Made by a program: the position numbers and the translations under genes
Notes under the pieces: model-generated
What the model saw: only the letters and a program-made list of their open reading frames with translations
What the model was told of the DNA's origin: nothing
The model's database searches: none
Part shown: in pieces, positions 37,901 to 50,028 of the stretch
Numbering within the stretch: position 1 is the stretch's first letter
Layout of the letters: every line of letters begins with the position of its first letter
Assembly: GCA_973895155.1 (NCBI GenBank)
Contig: OZ316895.1
Location: forward strand, 9,412,184-9,476,183
Direction: 5' to 3'
Length of the DNA: 64,000 bases
Source: Marsupella aquatica
Lineage: Eukaryota; Plantae; Marchantiophyta

Positions 37901-39179
37901 TTACATAGCTGATTCCCTTGTTGATTACAGGCTTTCCACTTTGGGAACTGACTTTGACATAAATACACAAGTACAAATGCCTGGTAAAGGTACACTATAT
38001 TTATAAATGTGCATTATATATAATTCTAATGCACTCATTCATTTATGTTGTTATTTGAGAGGGGTAATTTTCCTTGAACGTTAGAAAATTCTACATGAGG
38101 ACTCTGTACTCTGGAATTAATAAGGGTATATTGTGTAAGTTTCTTCAATCCATCCTCCATTGCCACACAATGCCAATGACATATATAATCACTATAATAT
38201 GCAATCATGTGCTTTCTTTTTCATTGTTTGTTTATGAAATGTAGGTTTGGCCCATAACTATTGAATTATGGTGACATTTTTTCCTATCTAAGAGATAGAT
38301 GGAAACCCAAAGAGACATGATTTTATGGTAGCTCACTTGAGTAGAGACTTGTAGATATTGGGTTCAACTATTGTGATCAACTCTACTCTTTCTATGGGGT
38401 TTCACAGATTTCCCCTTAAAAATCAATATTAAAAATTTGTTTTTTAGATCTAAAGGTGTCATTTTGCACTTTTTCATGCCCAATGCATCACTTCCCCTAG
38501 CTTGCTTTTTGAAATTTAGTTGCCAGACAGACTTGCCAACATTGCATTGGATTGCCTGGCCATCTTACTTATAAAGTGCAAACATGAAGCTAGAGTTAAG
38601 TGTTAGGTTTAACTCTTAGGTCTAGAGTTATGACCGTATTGCAACTAGGGTTAACATTAGTCACAGACTAGGTTAGGTTAGTCATGTTGTGCACACATTC
38701 TACTCTAACGGTGTTTGCTTGAATAGTGGGAACTTAGGCTCATTGTTAAGGAGTTAGCTGAGAAACAGGGAGAGCTTGTGCCGTGGATACTTGGTATGAC
38801 CAGTCAGCATAGAGAGCAGTAAAGTTTGTGACGAGGTTCCCGTCACTGAAAATCCTCGATAATTGTTTAACTGGGTTGTGCCATGTAAATAACCATTGTA
38901 AATACCGAGTTTAAAAAAATAAATTAAGTTACTTCCGTCATTATAATTTGGCAATGCCCGGGGGACTTAACTTATTCTTTGTCTCTCTCACGATAGTTCT
39001 GAGGGTTACGGCAACCTTAGCCATCATAGGATTTACCGTTTAACTTGGGCTATTTTTGAGACCCCAATAGCAAGGTCTAAGGCGACAAACTTTAAGTTTT
39101 ATGGGTTTGGGGGGAAAACCCCTTGTAAACAATGGGGGCCATACGGGGCGCCCCTAGGGCTTGACACGTGGAATCTTGG

Positions 39180-39840
39180 GGGGCTAAGGAGGGAGCTCCG
39201 CGAGTAATAAGGAGGAGAAGCGCGTGAGCCGGGCCGACGCGCGTTGAAGGCCGGGAAGGACTAAAGAAGTGGGGGGAATTAAATCCCCCAAAAAGGCGCA
39301 GCCGGGGTGAGCCGAGGGGCAACCGAGGTGCAACAAAGGAAGAGGTCGGGGGAGTATTAACTCTCCCGTGAGAGGCAGGCGCAGCCGGGGTGAGTCGACG
39401 AGGGCTGCCGGTAGGAAAAGGTCACGGGGAGGAGTGAGGGGATTCAATTCCCCATTTCTGGGGAGACGACGGGGGCAATTACACTCCCGGGAGCTGGGCC
39501 CCATTAAGAGGGGCGTGTGAAGGTGGGGGGGTATTAAACCCTCCCGCGAGCCAGGAGGAGGGCGCAGGGTGCTGCCGGTACGCGAGGCGCTGCATAGGGC
39601 AGCGTGAAGCAAAGGGGGGGAATTAAATTCCCTGGCCTCGGAGGTAACAGGGCGCAGTGCGAGCCCTGCATAGGACCACGTGCTGCCGGGTGGAGAGGAG
39701 GGCGTAGGGCCGCGAGCCGGGGCACGCCTTAGCAGGGTGGAGGGGGATTAAATTCCCCGATGGAAGGCAGGTACGAGGTGGCAGCCGCGTGTCGGGATGC
39801 GCACGCCCTGCATAGGGCCGCGAGCCTGGGCGCAAGGTGA
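39180..39840. repeat. GC-rich array with recurring G-run/AT-core/C-run palindromes
   Basis: At least 7 motifs of the type GGGGGAATTAAATCCCCC, plus recurring gcagccgggg and gcatagg motifs. Confidence 0.8.
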
Positions 39841-40167
39841 AAGAGTTTTCCTCCCCTTCCCCCTAAAGTACATTAGCCATTTTTTTCTCTCCTCCCCTTC
39901 TTTCTCCGCGCGCGACTCCTTCCTTTGCCGAAAGCACTTTGCTCTCATTTCCGAAAGCTCTCTCCAGCTCTTGCAATTATTTTCGAAGCTCTCTCATGGT
40001 TGATTATGGGAGCTTGGTGACTCATTTTTGGGGGCATTAGAGACGACGACATTGAGTGACTTGGGGGGAAATTGAGGGTGGTTCTTAATCGCGGTACGGG
40101 GGCCGTTCGGGCCAGGATTTGAATGTGGTGACGGGATTTTGTGATTGGGAATTGTTCTTGGGCATGG

Positions 40168-42034
40168 ATGCTTGATCAGCCTGAGTTCAGTGCGGCTCGC
40201 AATTGTAGATACAAAGCCGCTTACCGTGAGTACATTGTGACACTAATTGAGGAGAAGAGAGGAGATAGCAGAGCGGCAATGAGCACTGGACCGGCAGCAA
40301 GTCCAACACCGGTTATGAGGAAGGTTTTCCATCGAATTTATCCCAAGACCTTTGCCAAGGTGATGGAGGATTGCAAAGCTATGTTCCAGGCCATCGGGCT
40401 CACCGACTTCATGAGAGTAGAGATTAGAATCCCTCCAGGGAAGAGTTGGGACTTGGAGGCTGGAATGGAATTGCGCACGGAGGGGATTTATTTCGCATGT
40501 ATTCAGCGTTTGGTACCTCATGCCGAATTGGCTAAGCTGTTGTTTTTGGAGAACCAGCAGTTCTCATTCACCCCCTGGAACATTGTCGGGGATCTCACGT
40601 TGACAATGGTGGCATGTTGGGTGAACAATCCTACCTCCACCACGGCCATTCACCTCTCGGCCGTCAAGGATGCAGCGCACAAGGGATTTCTGGCCAAGGT
40701 TCATCAACGGGTCCTCGGTAATGTGCAATCCGGGTAGTGAACGGGGAACATTTCATAATCGCTCTGGATATTCGGAAATATCCAGCCCATGCTTACGGAT
40801 GGTGGTATTACGGATTGACAAGGCTATTGGCTGCTGAACCCAAGAGTCTGAAACCAGGGGGAGATTTGCATTTGATGGGGTCATTTTTGTTGGCCAGGGC
40901 AGAAGGATTGATTACCTCCCCGGGGCCCGAAGAAGCTGGGTCATCCCTTACCACGGAAATCCGCAGCATTGCCACTGCCATCTTGGGGAAACTCACGGAG
41001 GTGTCAGCAATGTCAGCAGGAATAGGAGACAGTCAAGTGGAGGAAGACATCCAGGATGAGGAGTACACATTGGAGTGGCTGGAATCTCTGGTGGGGAACC
41101 CAGAGGAGACCCTTGCCTATGACATACCAGAGGTCTACTTAGTGGAATTACGGGATTTTTGTGAAGGGGCCCATGAGGAGCTCAAGCTAGCCCACACATT
41201 GAGAGATGCGCTCAAACAGGCCAACGCAAGGTTGGAAACATTGCAACAGGGTGCCACGTCGATGAAGGAGGTGATAAAGCTAAGGAGGAGGCCATACAAG
41301 AGAAGGCCAAGCTTCTCCAAGCGGCTCAAGTGGAGATTTCTCACTTGAGGGGGGCCTTGTCTACTAAGGCCAAAGAAGCGGAGGAAGTTGGAGTGTTGAG
41401 AGAAGCATTGGCCAAAGAGAAGCGAAACACGGGAGAAGTGGAGAGGTTAAGAGGCCAGATTGCAGAACTACGGAGTCAGGCGGGGATCTTTGAGACTAGG
41501 GCCAAAAGGAGTGAGGCCTTGAGTCCGGGGAAGCGAAAAATTCCCTGCCCACCTAGCTCCACGCTTTCCCCTGACCTGGTCTCCAAGGCCATTGAGATGG
41601 TGGTGAAGGAAGTAAGTGAGAAGTACGGTCCCCTGCTGGAAGCTGCCAAGAAGAATCAGGAGAAGAGTAAAAGCTTGGAGAAGAAACTCAAGGAGGTACA
41701 TAAGTCGTTACGGGAGGCCTAGGGCAATACGGGAACCCCGGGGATGCCGCCCAGATCTGTGACACCAGGGACTCCCATGGCCACCGGACAGGTTTTGCCA
41801 TTGGAGTTGCAATCTGGAGAGGAGGCTGCCTTGTGGAAGGATACCATCGGTGAGGGCTATGTCAAGGCTTGGCAAGCCTTGGCGGCATTGAGGAAGCAAG
41901 GGAGCACTAGCGGGAGGAGTACACCTGTGAAGAAGAAGAGAAGCGGAGTAGTCTCCACTCCGATTGAGAGCGACGAAGAGACGAACTCACGGGGCTCAAG
42001 CCATGGCACCGTGAGTGAGGAGGAGGAGGACTAG
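40168..42034 (+). pseudogene. Disrupted ~620-codon ORF of unknown function inside the TG...CA element (coiled-coil-like C-terminal half, acidic tail)
   Basis: Four abutting ORFs (40141-40737, 40737-41348, 41330-41722, 41744-42034) can be joined by two frameshifts and one in-frame TAG at 41720-41722. Confidence 0.7.
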
Positions 42035-43846
42035 GGTAGCCGTACGGACCTGTCGTACGACCTCTGGATTTTGAAACTTTTTGGAATGGTGCACTCATGG
42101 GCTTGTTGGAAGGAGCTCATGGAGCTGATTCCAACAAGAGGTGGCGCTACTCAAACGGAGCCAGGATGAGTAAGTTAGGGCCCGACGAAGTTGGTAAGTA
42201 AGTGATACTGAAACGGCCATAACTTGGTTGTTTGGCGTCCGTTTCGAGAGCGGTTTTGTGATTCATGATCAGGAGGAGCAGGGCTACCCAGGGGTGAGTT
42301 CAGAGGTGAAATCAGAGTGGCACCTAGTTTTGGCAATTGTGGGGTCACTTGCATTTTCGCAGTTCACGGAGCAAGGTTGGGGCGCCGTCGAAGGCACCGT
42401 CGGTCCCATTGTTAGATTAGGGTTTTAGGAGCATGTGTGTGCCACATGCTTTAGGATTAGGGATTTCTTTCGTGAAGGTTTTAGTGGCGCCGCTAGGGTA
42501 GCCGCCATCCTTGTGACCCCGTGAGGGGTGCTTTGGTGTGTTGTTTTGAGTATTTAGGGGGAGAGCCCCGTAGTAGTGAGGGGGGAACTCAGTCTAGTGT
42601 TTGCTTAGGGAAGTTAGCTCATAGCTAGAAGAGGGAATCAAGCCAGAGTAGTGAGGTAGAGGTGTAGCACTTGCCCAGTGAGGCAGTAGTTGGGCAGATG
42701 GCAGGAGGCCGGGTTGTCCTTGCAATGTGTTAGGACGTTTTGCCAAAAGATATGGATTTGGATTGATTCCTCAAGTTTTGTGTGGTGTTATTTTTTCTGG
42801 TTCACGATTGTGTTCTTTCCCCAAGAAGCGTCTAAGGAATCCTTGCACAGTTTGGTCAACCATGTGAGTAGGAGGGGTGGTGACAGCACTCCACCAACGA
42901 CCAGTAGGAGTGTGTGTGGCGTAGTCCATGGGACTTGATCAAAAGCAGAGGGGCTAGTCGGTAGACTTGATCAAAAATTACACTTTTGGGAGCGGAAATA
43001 AATATACTCATCCTACATGCAATAGAATCCTAATAGCGTCCCTTCACGTTCCCGTCATACGATAACAAACGATTTTAGTATGAGTAAATATGTAATTGTC
43101 GTGTAAATCGTTTGATAAGCAGGTGACAAAGTTCTTGTGTTTTCTCATGGACATGGTCTCATGTGGAGGTGAACCACGTATCTCTTTGTGTCGACTACTT
43201 GATCGTTGGATGGTTATGGGCATGCCGTTGGGAATGTCGTCAATGCTCAACATGAGGGTCTAGGCTTCTAGAGTGAAGCCTCTAGACCATGACTCTAGAG
43301 CCCCACCAAAGTATATGTGCCTTTAAAGAAGATGTGCATAGACATGATGCTATATTTATATGACATGAATGAAAGTATATGTGCATATAAAGAAGATGTA
43401 CATAGATAGAAAATGATGCTCCCATGGATCACAACATTGGTCTTTGAAACCCCCATGGGCCACATTTCCCAAAATTTGATTTAATTGAAATAGTTTGATG
43501 TTCATGAATTCAAATATTTTCTAGTTTTGAGTATGTGCTAGAGGATTAGGTAAGCTACACTTTCATCAAAGTGACCATGATTTTTAGGCCATTTTGGTCA
43601 AAATATTCATCATGGAATGCGGAGGGGTTTTATTAGATTAATTGTCATTGTATTAATATAAAATATTAGGGCTTGTGTTTTTTTTGTGTCTCCCTCCTTC
43701 TCTAGTTACCTTGCCAGTGAAAAACCAAAAATTATTTTAAGACTCATAATCATCAAATTATAAGCCCAAAACTCCCACACCAAACTGTGGTCCAAGGGAG
43801 CATTGTGTCCAACGTGGTGGTCCATGTGGGCTTCACTTTCCACAAG

Positions 43847-44184
43847 TGTACTCTGTTGGAATAGTTTTGGTGACCATAATATCAAATGGCATGTTTTGCC
43901 TTCATTCATTATAAGTTTGGCTTCATCAGCAGCTGCCAGGAAACCATAGGATTTGATCATGGTTAAACATAGCTATGACCTGAAACCAATTGGGAAAACC
44001 ACTTTACAAAGGATTTTCCAAGTCAACTGCAGAGGGAAGAATTGCAGAAGGGTGGCGACAAGTCTGGCGGGGTTTGAAGAGCATGGCGGGGCAGGGTCAA
44101 AAGGGAAAGTTTGAAAAGGGGCAGGCAGTGAGGGGAATATGGGGTAGATAGGAGAGGTGAATTGGGCAGTGGGGTTTATTAGGG
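43847..44184 (+). repeat. Dispersed ~335-bp repeat, copy 2
   Basis: Direct match to 19252-19584. Confidence 0.9.
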
Positions 44185-45110
44185 CATCTGAAACTTGCTC
44201 TCTCCAGGTTTTTTTCGGTCAGCCCTTCTCAGAAGTCTATGTCCACAATTTAGACCAAAATCCAAGTTTCGGGCCAACTTAATCCAAAGGGTTTCAGTTT
44301 TGAGATGGCTTTCAACACTCTCCCGCGGGTCAGGTGGGCACTGAAAATTTCAGAATGGTTGCTGAAATTTCTTGAAGGGAGCCAACGCATATTGAGGGAA
44401 GCAACTTTAAGTGTGGATGGCAGTGTGTTGACTGCCCTAGTTAGTGACAGTCACCTTTTGCAGAACCCCATATTTTTGGTCTGTGACCTGGCCTGCAACA
44501 TAGTGTGACCTGGCCCGCAACATAGTGGACACCGGAAACCTCTGGGAATGAGCTGCTTTGAGACTGTCCCCTTACCACTCAACCTCTCAACTTTACTTTT
44601 TACTCTCCTCCCCATGTGCCCTATTTTGATCTCCTCTCTTCACCCACCTAATGAGGGCTTTACAAGAACAGGAGAACAAAAAGATAGGACCGGTCACTTC
44701 CTAATCCACAGGTCGATTTAGACTGTTTTCTGAGCTTTTAGTATAGACAATAAATATTGTCCAACGCATGGGGATTGGGTTAGTAGTGGTACATAAGTAA
44801 CGCAACATAAATAATACACTGTCCACCGTTTTTGCCGTTTGCGAGAAAATATATAATTTCCCGTACTCAGAATGTGATTTTCCATTCGTATGCAACATCA
44901 TTCTCTTCACACGGTCCAACCAGTTCATGAGCTGCTGTGTGAGGGCCCAATTGTGGGACACCATTCAGCCGCTCTGTGCTTGGGAACCTTGAATTTCGTA
45001 TAGGACATTGTCCCTGATGCTCGTCATCAACTTGAATCGTTTTACAGTAGAATTGCACAGAAAGTCTTGAGGTACACTGGGCTTCAATTGCACTCATGTT
45101 GAGACTCGTT

Positions 45111-47566
45111 ATGGCTGCTGCTGCCCTTAGAGTTTCGTGCACCACCACCACTACTGCACTCCACCGAGCTTCCATCTCGTCTGCCTTACCTCTCGTAAGC
45201 ACCCCCGATTTCCCAATTTATTCGGAGACCCGCGTCAGCTGTGTCTTCTACTGTGGTTTGAGTGCTCGTTCAGTTGTGGTCTGGTCGAAAGGTGACTGTG
45301 AAGACCATCATCATCTTCTTCAATGTCTTTTCACTCCGCAGGTGGGTCGCAGAAGCGTTGCCTGGAGAGCGACTGAATTGGGCACAGTACTCACAGTTGG
45401 TAAGACTCGTCTGCTTCAGAGGACGGGACGAATGAGTTCCTCGGAGGCTCCCCGATGCTTCAGCGATGGTAAGTGGATGGTGAACCCTGCATGCATTCAG
45501 CATTTTTTGTTCTGTCAAATCTCCCAAAGTCGTTTTCTTCTCTGTAGCTATTATTTGCATTGTCATCTTCTTTAACTTGGGTTCTCCCAGAGTGTCATCG
45601 TTGACACCTGTGAAACGATATTTGAAGAGCTCCTTTCAGTTGAAAAGGCCACAATCTTAGCCTTTTGTAGATGCGCTTAAAATTGGTTGATCCTTTGTAA
45701 GTAATTTACAGAAAAATACAGAACAAGCTAAAGAGTGTAAGGGAGTGAGTGGCTTGTGACAATCTCTGAACTATCTTCGAAGGAAGCGGAAGTGGTGAAG
45801 AACAGAGGCCCTGCATGAGAAGTTTCTTTGAAATTGCATACTTTGTTTGAAGAGAATTCTACAGAAGATAATTCTTGAAGTTGGTTGAAACATCCAGCGC
45901 CATCGAACGCATACAATGTTGTAAGATGATTTAAGAATGATAAGGGATGAAATTCGCAGAAACATCGGTACGGCGAACTTTCCAGGTCGTGCCACTTAGA
46001 CTCATGCTGTCTACCATTCAGGACCCCTTCTTAGATACCTTTCAAGAATTTCGCAACAAGAACCGTAGAACTGATGATTGTACACAGCATTTATCATGTT
46101 CGCAAAGCCGTGATTGGGTGTTTGTAGAGGTGGGATCCGAACTCACTTTAGTTAAGAAGAAATGCACTCCATGCTCATCCAAGGACCTGCAGCCCATCAC
46201 AAGTGAGGCGGCCAAGGAATTATTAGAGCAGGTGAGCTTTATCTTGCTAAGTTTTTGCACAGCAAATGTCTACAGCGTATTCTGCTTCGGAGATTAAATG
46301 TACGCATTAAAATTATAGCCTGAGACCGAAAGATCTCAAATATGAATGCTGAAGTGATCTACATGCGGGACGTTCTTGCGACAAGAAATGCGCATGTGCT
46401 GCTGAGTTATCTGGGTTATTTTTGTAAAATTTCACAAGGCGTGGATTGATTGTACCGTTGGATATGAGATACGTGGCAGATTCCAGGATGGGAATTACTA
46501 GAGATCGATGGAAAGCTTCAACTACAGAGGAGCTGGAAAGCAAAGAATTTTGTGAAGGGGCTTGAATTCATCAAGACCATTGCAGCTGTTGCAGAATCCG
46601 AAGGTCAGTGTCAGTGCAGCTTGTGTTTAGAGCAGATAGACTGCAAGCAATTCTATGAGAAAAGTCGGCTTGTGATTCCCTAGATTGACTACGTCCAATC
46701 GTGAAGGTCTTTTACACAGTTTCAGTTTAAATGGAGCACTCCTTTGCTTACGAATTGGACAGTGTCACTGGGACAGTTAGGTCTCGTGATGGACATTGCT
46801 GAGAGGGACGTTATTGTATTAGAGGTCATGGAAATCATTTTACATTGTTGGATGAAACACTGGTCTCGCAACCTCATGATGTCTGTTTAAGGTATAGAAC
46901 ACTGGATTGCACACCGTGCTAGTTGATGTCAAGCAAGACTCATACCCGATTGGCGGAGATTATAATGGATAAACTGTTACTTGGAATGTAACCTGCAGGG
47001 CATCATCCTGATTTGCATCTTGTCAATTGGAACGATGTGAAAGTGAACATCTGGACACATGCAATTGGTCTGACTGTCCTGTCTCTACATTCCCAATGCT
47101 ACCTTGCTCAATTTTTCGTCCATTTAAATGACTGAATTAGTGTAGCATTCCGTGTAAAACTTTTGAGGTGTAGTTCTTGTGCTTTCGTGAGGCTGCGGGC
47201 CGAAGTCAATGTTCTAAATTCTTGCTTGTACTTAGGACTAGTTTTGGAAGTTTATGTTTATTGAGCTTTCAGTCCTATCGTAGGGTGTTTTTAAGGACTT
47301 TTGTAGAAAGCTCATGCGGAGAGGTTAATTGAAGTGCATATATTTCTCGGGCAATATGATCGAAGATCAATGTTTTGTTATTGATCAGACCAGTTTGAGT
47401 CCCTCGGTACTTCTGATCAGTTTGTATTAAGAATTATCGCTATGTTTCTTATGCAGGTGGTTTAACTGAAAATGATTTCATACTTGCAGCCAAAATCAGT
47501 ACTGTAAGTGGAGAAGGCTATCTTCGGAAGAAACCGGCTCCGAAGCCTCCTATAGTAGCCATTTAG
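45111..47566 (+). CDS. Pterin-4-alpha-carbinolamine dehydratase (PCD) with organellar targeting peptide; ~6 exons (approx. 45111-45195, 45342-45468, 46128-46231, 46480-46603, 46999-47067, 47457-47566)
   Basis: Spliced translation LVKKKCTPC...IPGWEL...LQRSWKAKNFVKGLEF...VAESEG|HHPDLHL...VNIWTHAI|GGLTENDFILAAKI matches the PCD/PhhB signature. The start could also be the ATG at 45096; the 5' exons are less certain. Confidence 0.88.
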
Positions 47567-48735
47567 ACGAGTTTGTGGCCTATGAGAACTACTTGCATAT
47601 AATCTTGGCTTAGAGGGCAATACTCCTTTACTTAGATTTGCAGCTTGATACGAAGCAACATTTGTCGTCTTCAAATCCCTAAAACCCCTTGTTCATCATG
47701 AAGTGATGAAGGACTAGAGAAATCGTGCAGAAGATAAGAAAACTTTATTATCACACATGCATATGAACCTGTATGCTAATTGAGCTGAGAATGGCCATCA
47801 TCACGGACAGTCAGTGCCATTTTGATGGGCTCAGTCCATCTCCAGGATTTGTGGGTAATAGCTAGTTTCAGTTGTTGGGGTAGCTCAACCAATGTAGCTC
47901 AACTAATGTATGTGCTTCAATTTGACGCAATCTATGTATATAAACTGTACTACTAAACAGGGTGCAGCACAATTAGCTTCAATTTTCTTATCTGGTTGAT
48001 TTTTCGTCCATCTCTCAAGTTTTCTCCAACAGGGATGTCCACAGCTCTCGAAAGATGGCACATTGGTAGATGGTTAAATAATTCTGGTTATATTGTTGAT
48101 TTCCTGCTGGTCTACACTTACATTAGTGGAGTGGAAGTGGTTCAACAGGGAAGCTATTGCTCAAATTCCAAGTATCCTTTCGGGTTTACAGAGCCGGCTA
48201 CTGAAATTCGTCTCGCAAAATGTTGCACGGTCTGGTCGAGGGTTTCATAGGATCCTCCTCCTGCAAAGATATCGGCTTGATTGAATTATCGATCTGACCC
48301 ATGCCACGATGATATAATGTACCTTCCGTGAAAAGCTCTTCCTGGGAAAAGGAGTTCATACACCAGTAGATCTCATATACTTTGTTTCCTAATTAAGAAG
48401 AGGAGCACTTGTGAAAACTCCTAACAAATATGGCCTTCAAGGGAGGTTCCACTATTTCTTTCTCCCATGTACACTACATCAACCGGTTCTAACACTACCC
48501 GTGCTTTATCAGCTTTTCTGACTGACGTGTTAACGGAAACACTATTCAGAAACTCTTGTCATGGAAGGCTCACTAGATTTGTAGGATGCCAAGTCATGTC
48601 AGCTACCGTAGCGCATACCATACCATGCCACACACACAGGTAGAGACAGTGGGGACCTGAAACACTCAAAGCTGAAGAAGTACATATTGTCCCTCGTCCC
48701 ACGAGAAACAAAATTTGAAGTGGTCTCGTCCAGAT

Positions 48736-50028
48736 TTATGTCTCGGGCAATGATCTTGCTACAAAGGGGATGTCCACCACCAATCCTGCAACTCCGTCAA
48801 CAAGTACATGGAGACCTTCACCACCTGCTTTCCTTCTAATATAACCTAGTCCAAAATGTTTTGACTTGTCCCGCCCAATTGTGCAGCTGGTTAACTGGCC
48901 AACCTTCCGGCCATCCACAGTAATGACGGCACCGGGTGAAGCAGCACCATCCAGTTCTATGCCCCAAAGAGACTGTTTAACACCGTCGTAAGTTATGAGT
49001 TTTGCAACAGTCTCCTGTCCTATGTAGCAACCTTTTGTTAACGAAATTGTCTTCCACAATCCAGCCTCCAGTACATTAAAGTCGTCTGTGAGCTCACGAA
49101 GGGCCGCTGGTCTTCCTTGCAAAATCCGAAGGCGTTCCCATGCAGTAGCACCCATTGGCACCGCTCCACCTTTCACGAGAGCTTCCCACACAACCCCAGC
49201 AGTGGATGTTGAAAGCATCAATGTATAACCCTTGCCAGCAAGCCCACTCCCGACCCCAACTGTCACTGGGGTACCTTCTACAGAGTAGTGCACATGAGTG
49301 CCTTCTGGCTTCCCAATAATATCTCCCAGATTCAATTGTAGCAGAAGATCATCGCTGGCTGGCCCTGTGATGGAGAAGAAGTGGGTCTTGTCAGTAATAT
49401 CTTCAATTTCCACCTCATCCGCGAAGAATATATACTTGTTGAGACGATCACAGATGCTCTTCCGAGTATTCGGTGAGACAAGGAGTATCACAGAAGTTTT
49501 CATGATCCATGCTGTGGCCAGATCAATTGTCCTTGCTGTAGGTGTTGTAAAAACAGTGTAGCAGCCCTGGCCTTCTTTCATGGACTTGAAGTCTGCAGTG
49601 CTCTGATTGTGTAGAAAGTGTAAGCGGTCATTGCCCGTCACTCGAAGTCGACCAAAGTGAGACATTTCAATCACCGCGACGCCGTTCTCAGCTGCATCGA
49701 TGGCCTCGTCATCGTTGCCAAAGGTCTCGATCACGTCATCCTCTGAAATCTGAGCACCCATGTCCCTCAAAAGTTCATGAAGATCGTTGTCGATGGGAGG
49801 GGGGGCCACTTCCAACGAGGCCGCTCTGATCTGCAGAGCTGAATCTCTCGACTTCCTGAATTCTCTGTTCCTGGGCTTCAGTCCCAGCGGTGCTGCTCCA
49901 GGTGCAACAACTGGAGAACGTGGACCGAGTCTGCAATGGAATTCGCTGGAATTGGTGATGCTGTGGGCAGACGTTCCCCCATAGAGACCCAGAAATGAAG
50001 TTTGGGAGTGGAGCATGAGAGACGCCAT
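48736..50028 (-). CDS. YgfZ/COG0354 folate-dependent protein (GcvT-like), plastid type; intronless CDS
   Basis: Signature KGCYIGQE, GRLRVTGNDRLHFLHNQST, Ser-rich transit-peptide-like N-terminus. The ORF-track start at 50064 coincides with a TTGCAG acceptor, so the ATG at 50028 is preferred. Confidence 0.92.
   Translation of the reverse strand: MASLMLHSQTSFLGLYGGTSAHSITNSSEFHCRLGPRSPVVAPGAAPLGLKPRNREFRKSRDSALQIRAASLEVAPPPIDNDLHELLRDMGAQISEDDVIETFGNDDEAIDAAENGVAVIEMSHFGRLRVTGNDRLHFLHNQSTADFKSMKEGQGCYTVFTTPTARTIDLATAWIMKTSVILLVSPNTRKSICDRLNKYIFFADEVEIEDITDKTHFFSITGPASDDLLLQLNLGDIIGKPEGTHVHYSVEGTPVTVGVGSGLAGKGYTLMLSTSTAGVVWEALVKGGAVPMGATAWERLRILQGRPAALRELTDDFNVLEAGLWKTISLTKGCYIGQETVAKLITYDGVKQSLWGIELDGAASPGAVITVDGRKVGQLTSCTIGRDKSKHFGLGYIRRKAGGEGLHVLVDGVAGLVVDIPFVARSLPET

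Larger units (their letters stand above)
38827..43128 (+). mobile_element. Solo-LTR-like element, 4302 bp, containing a decayed ORF
   Basis: Termini TGTGAC...GTGACA flanked by a perfect 5-bp TSD AAGTT (38822-38826 and 43129-43133). The last ~1.2 kb is homologous to the element at 10218-12978. Confidence 0.88.

Noticed and set aside
10218-43128. The two TG...CA elements as paired LTRs of one giant retroelement
   Set aside because: They are inverted relative to each other, have different TSDs and are separated by host genes.
44180-44439. hAT-type MITE with TAGGGCA...TGCCCTA ends
   Set aside because: Only a 7-bp inverted match and no target-site duplication.
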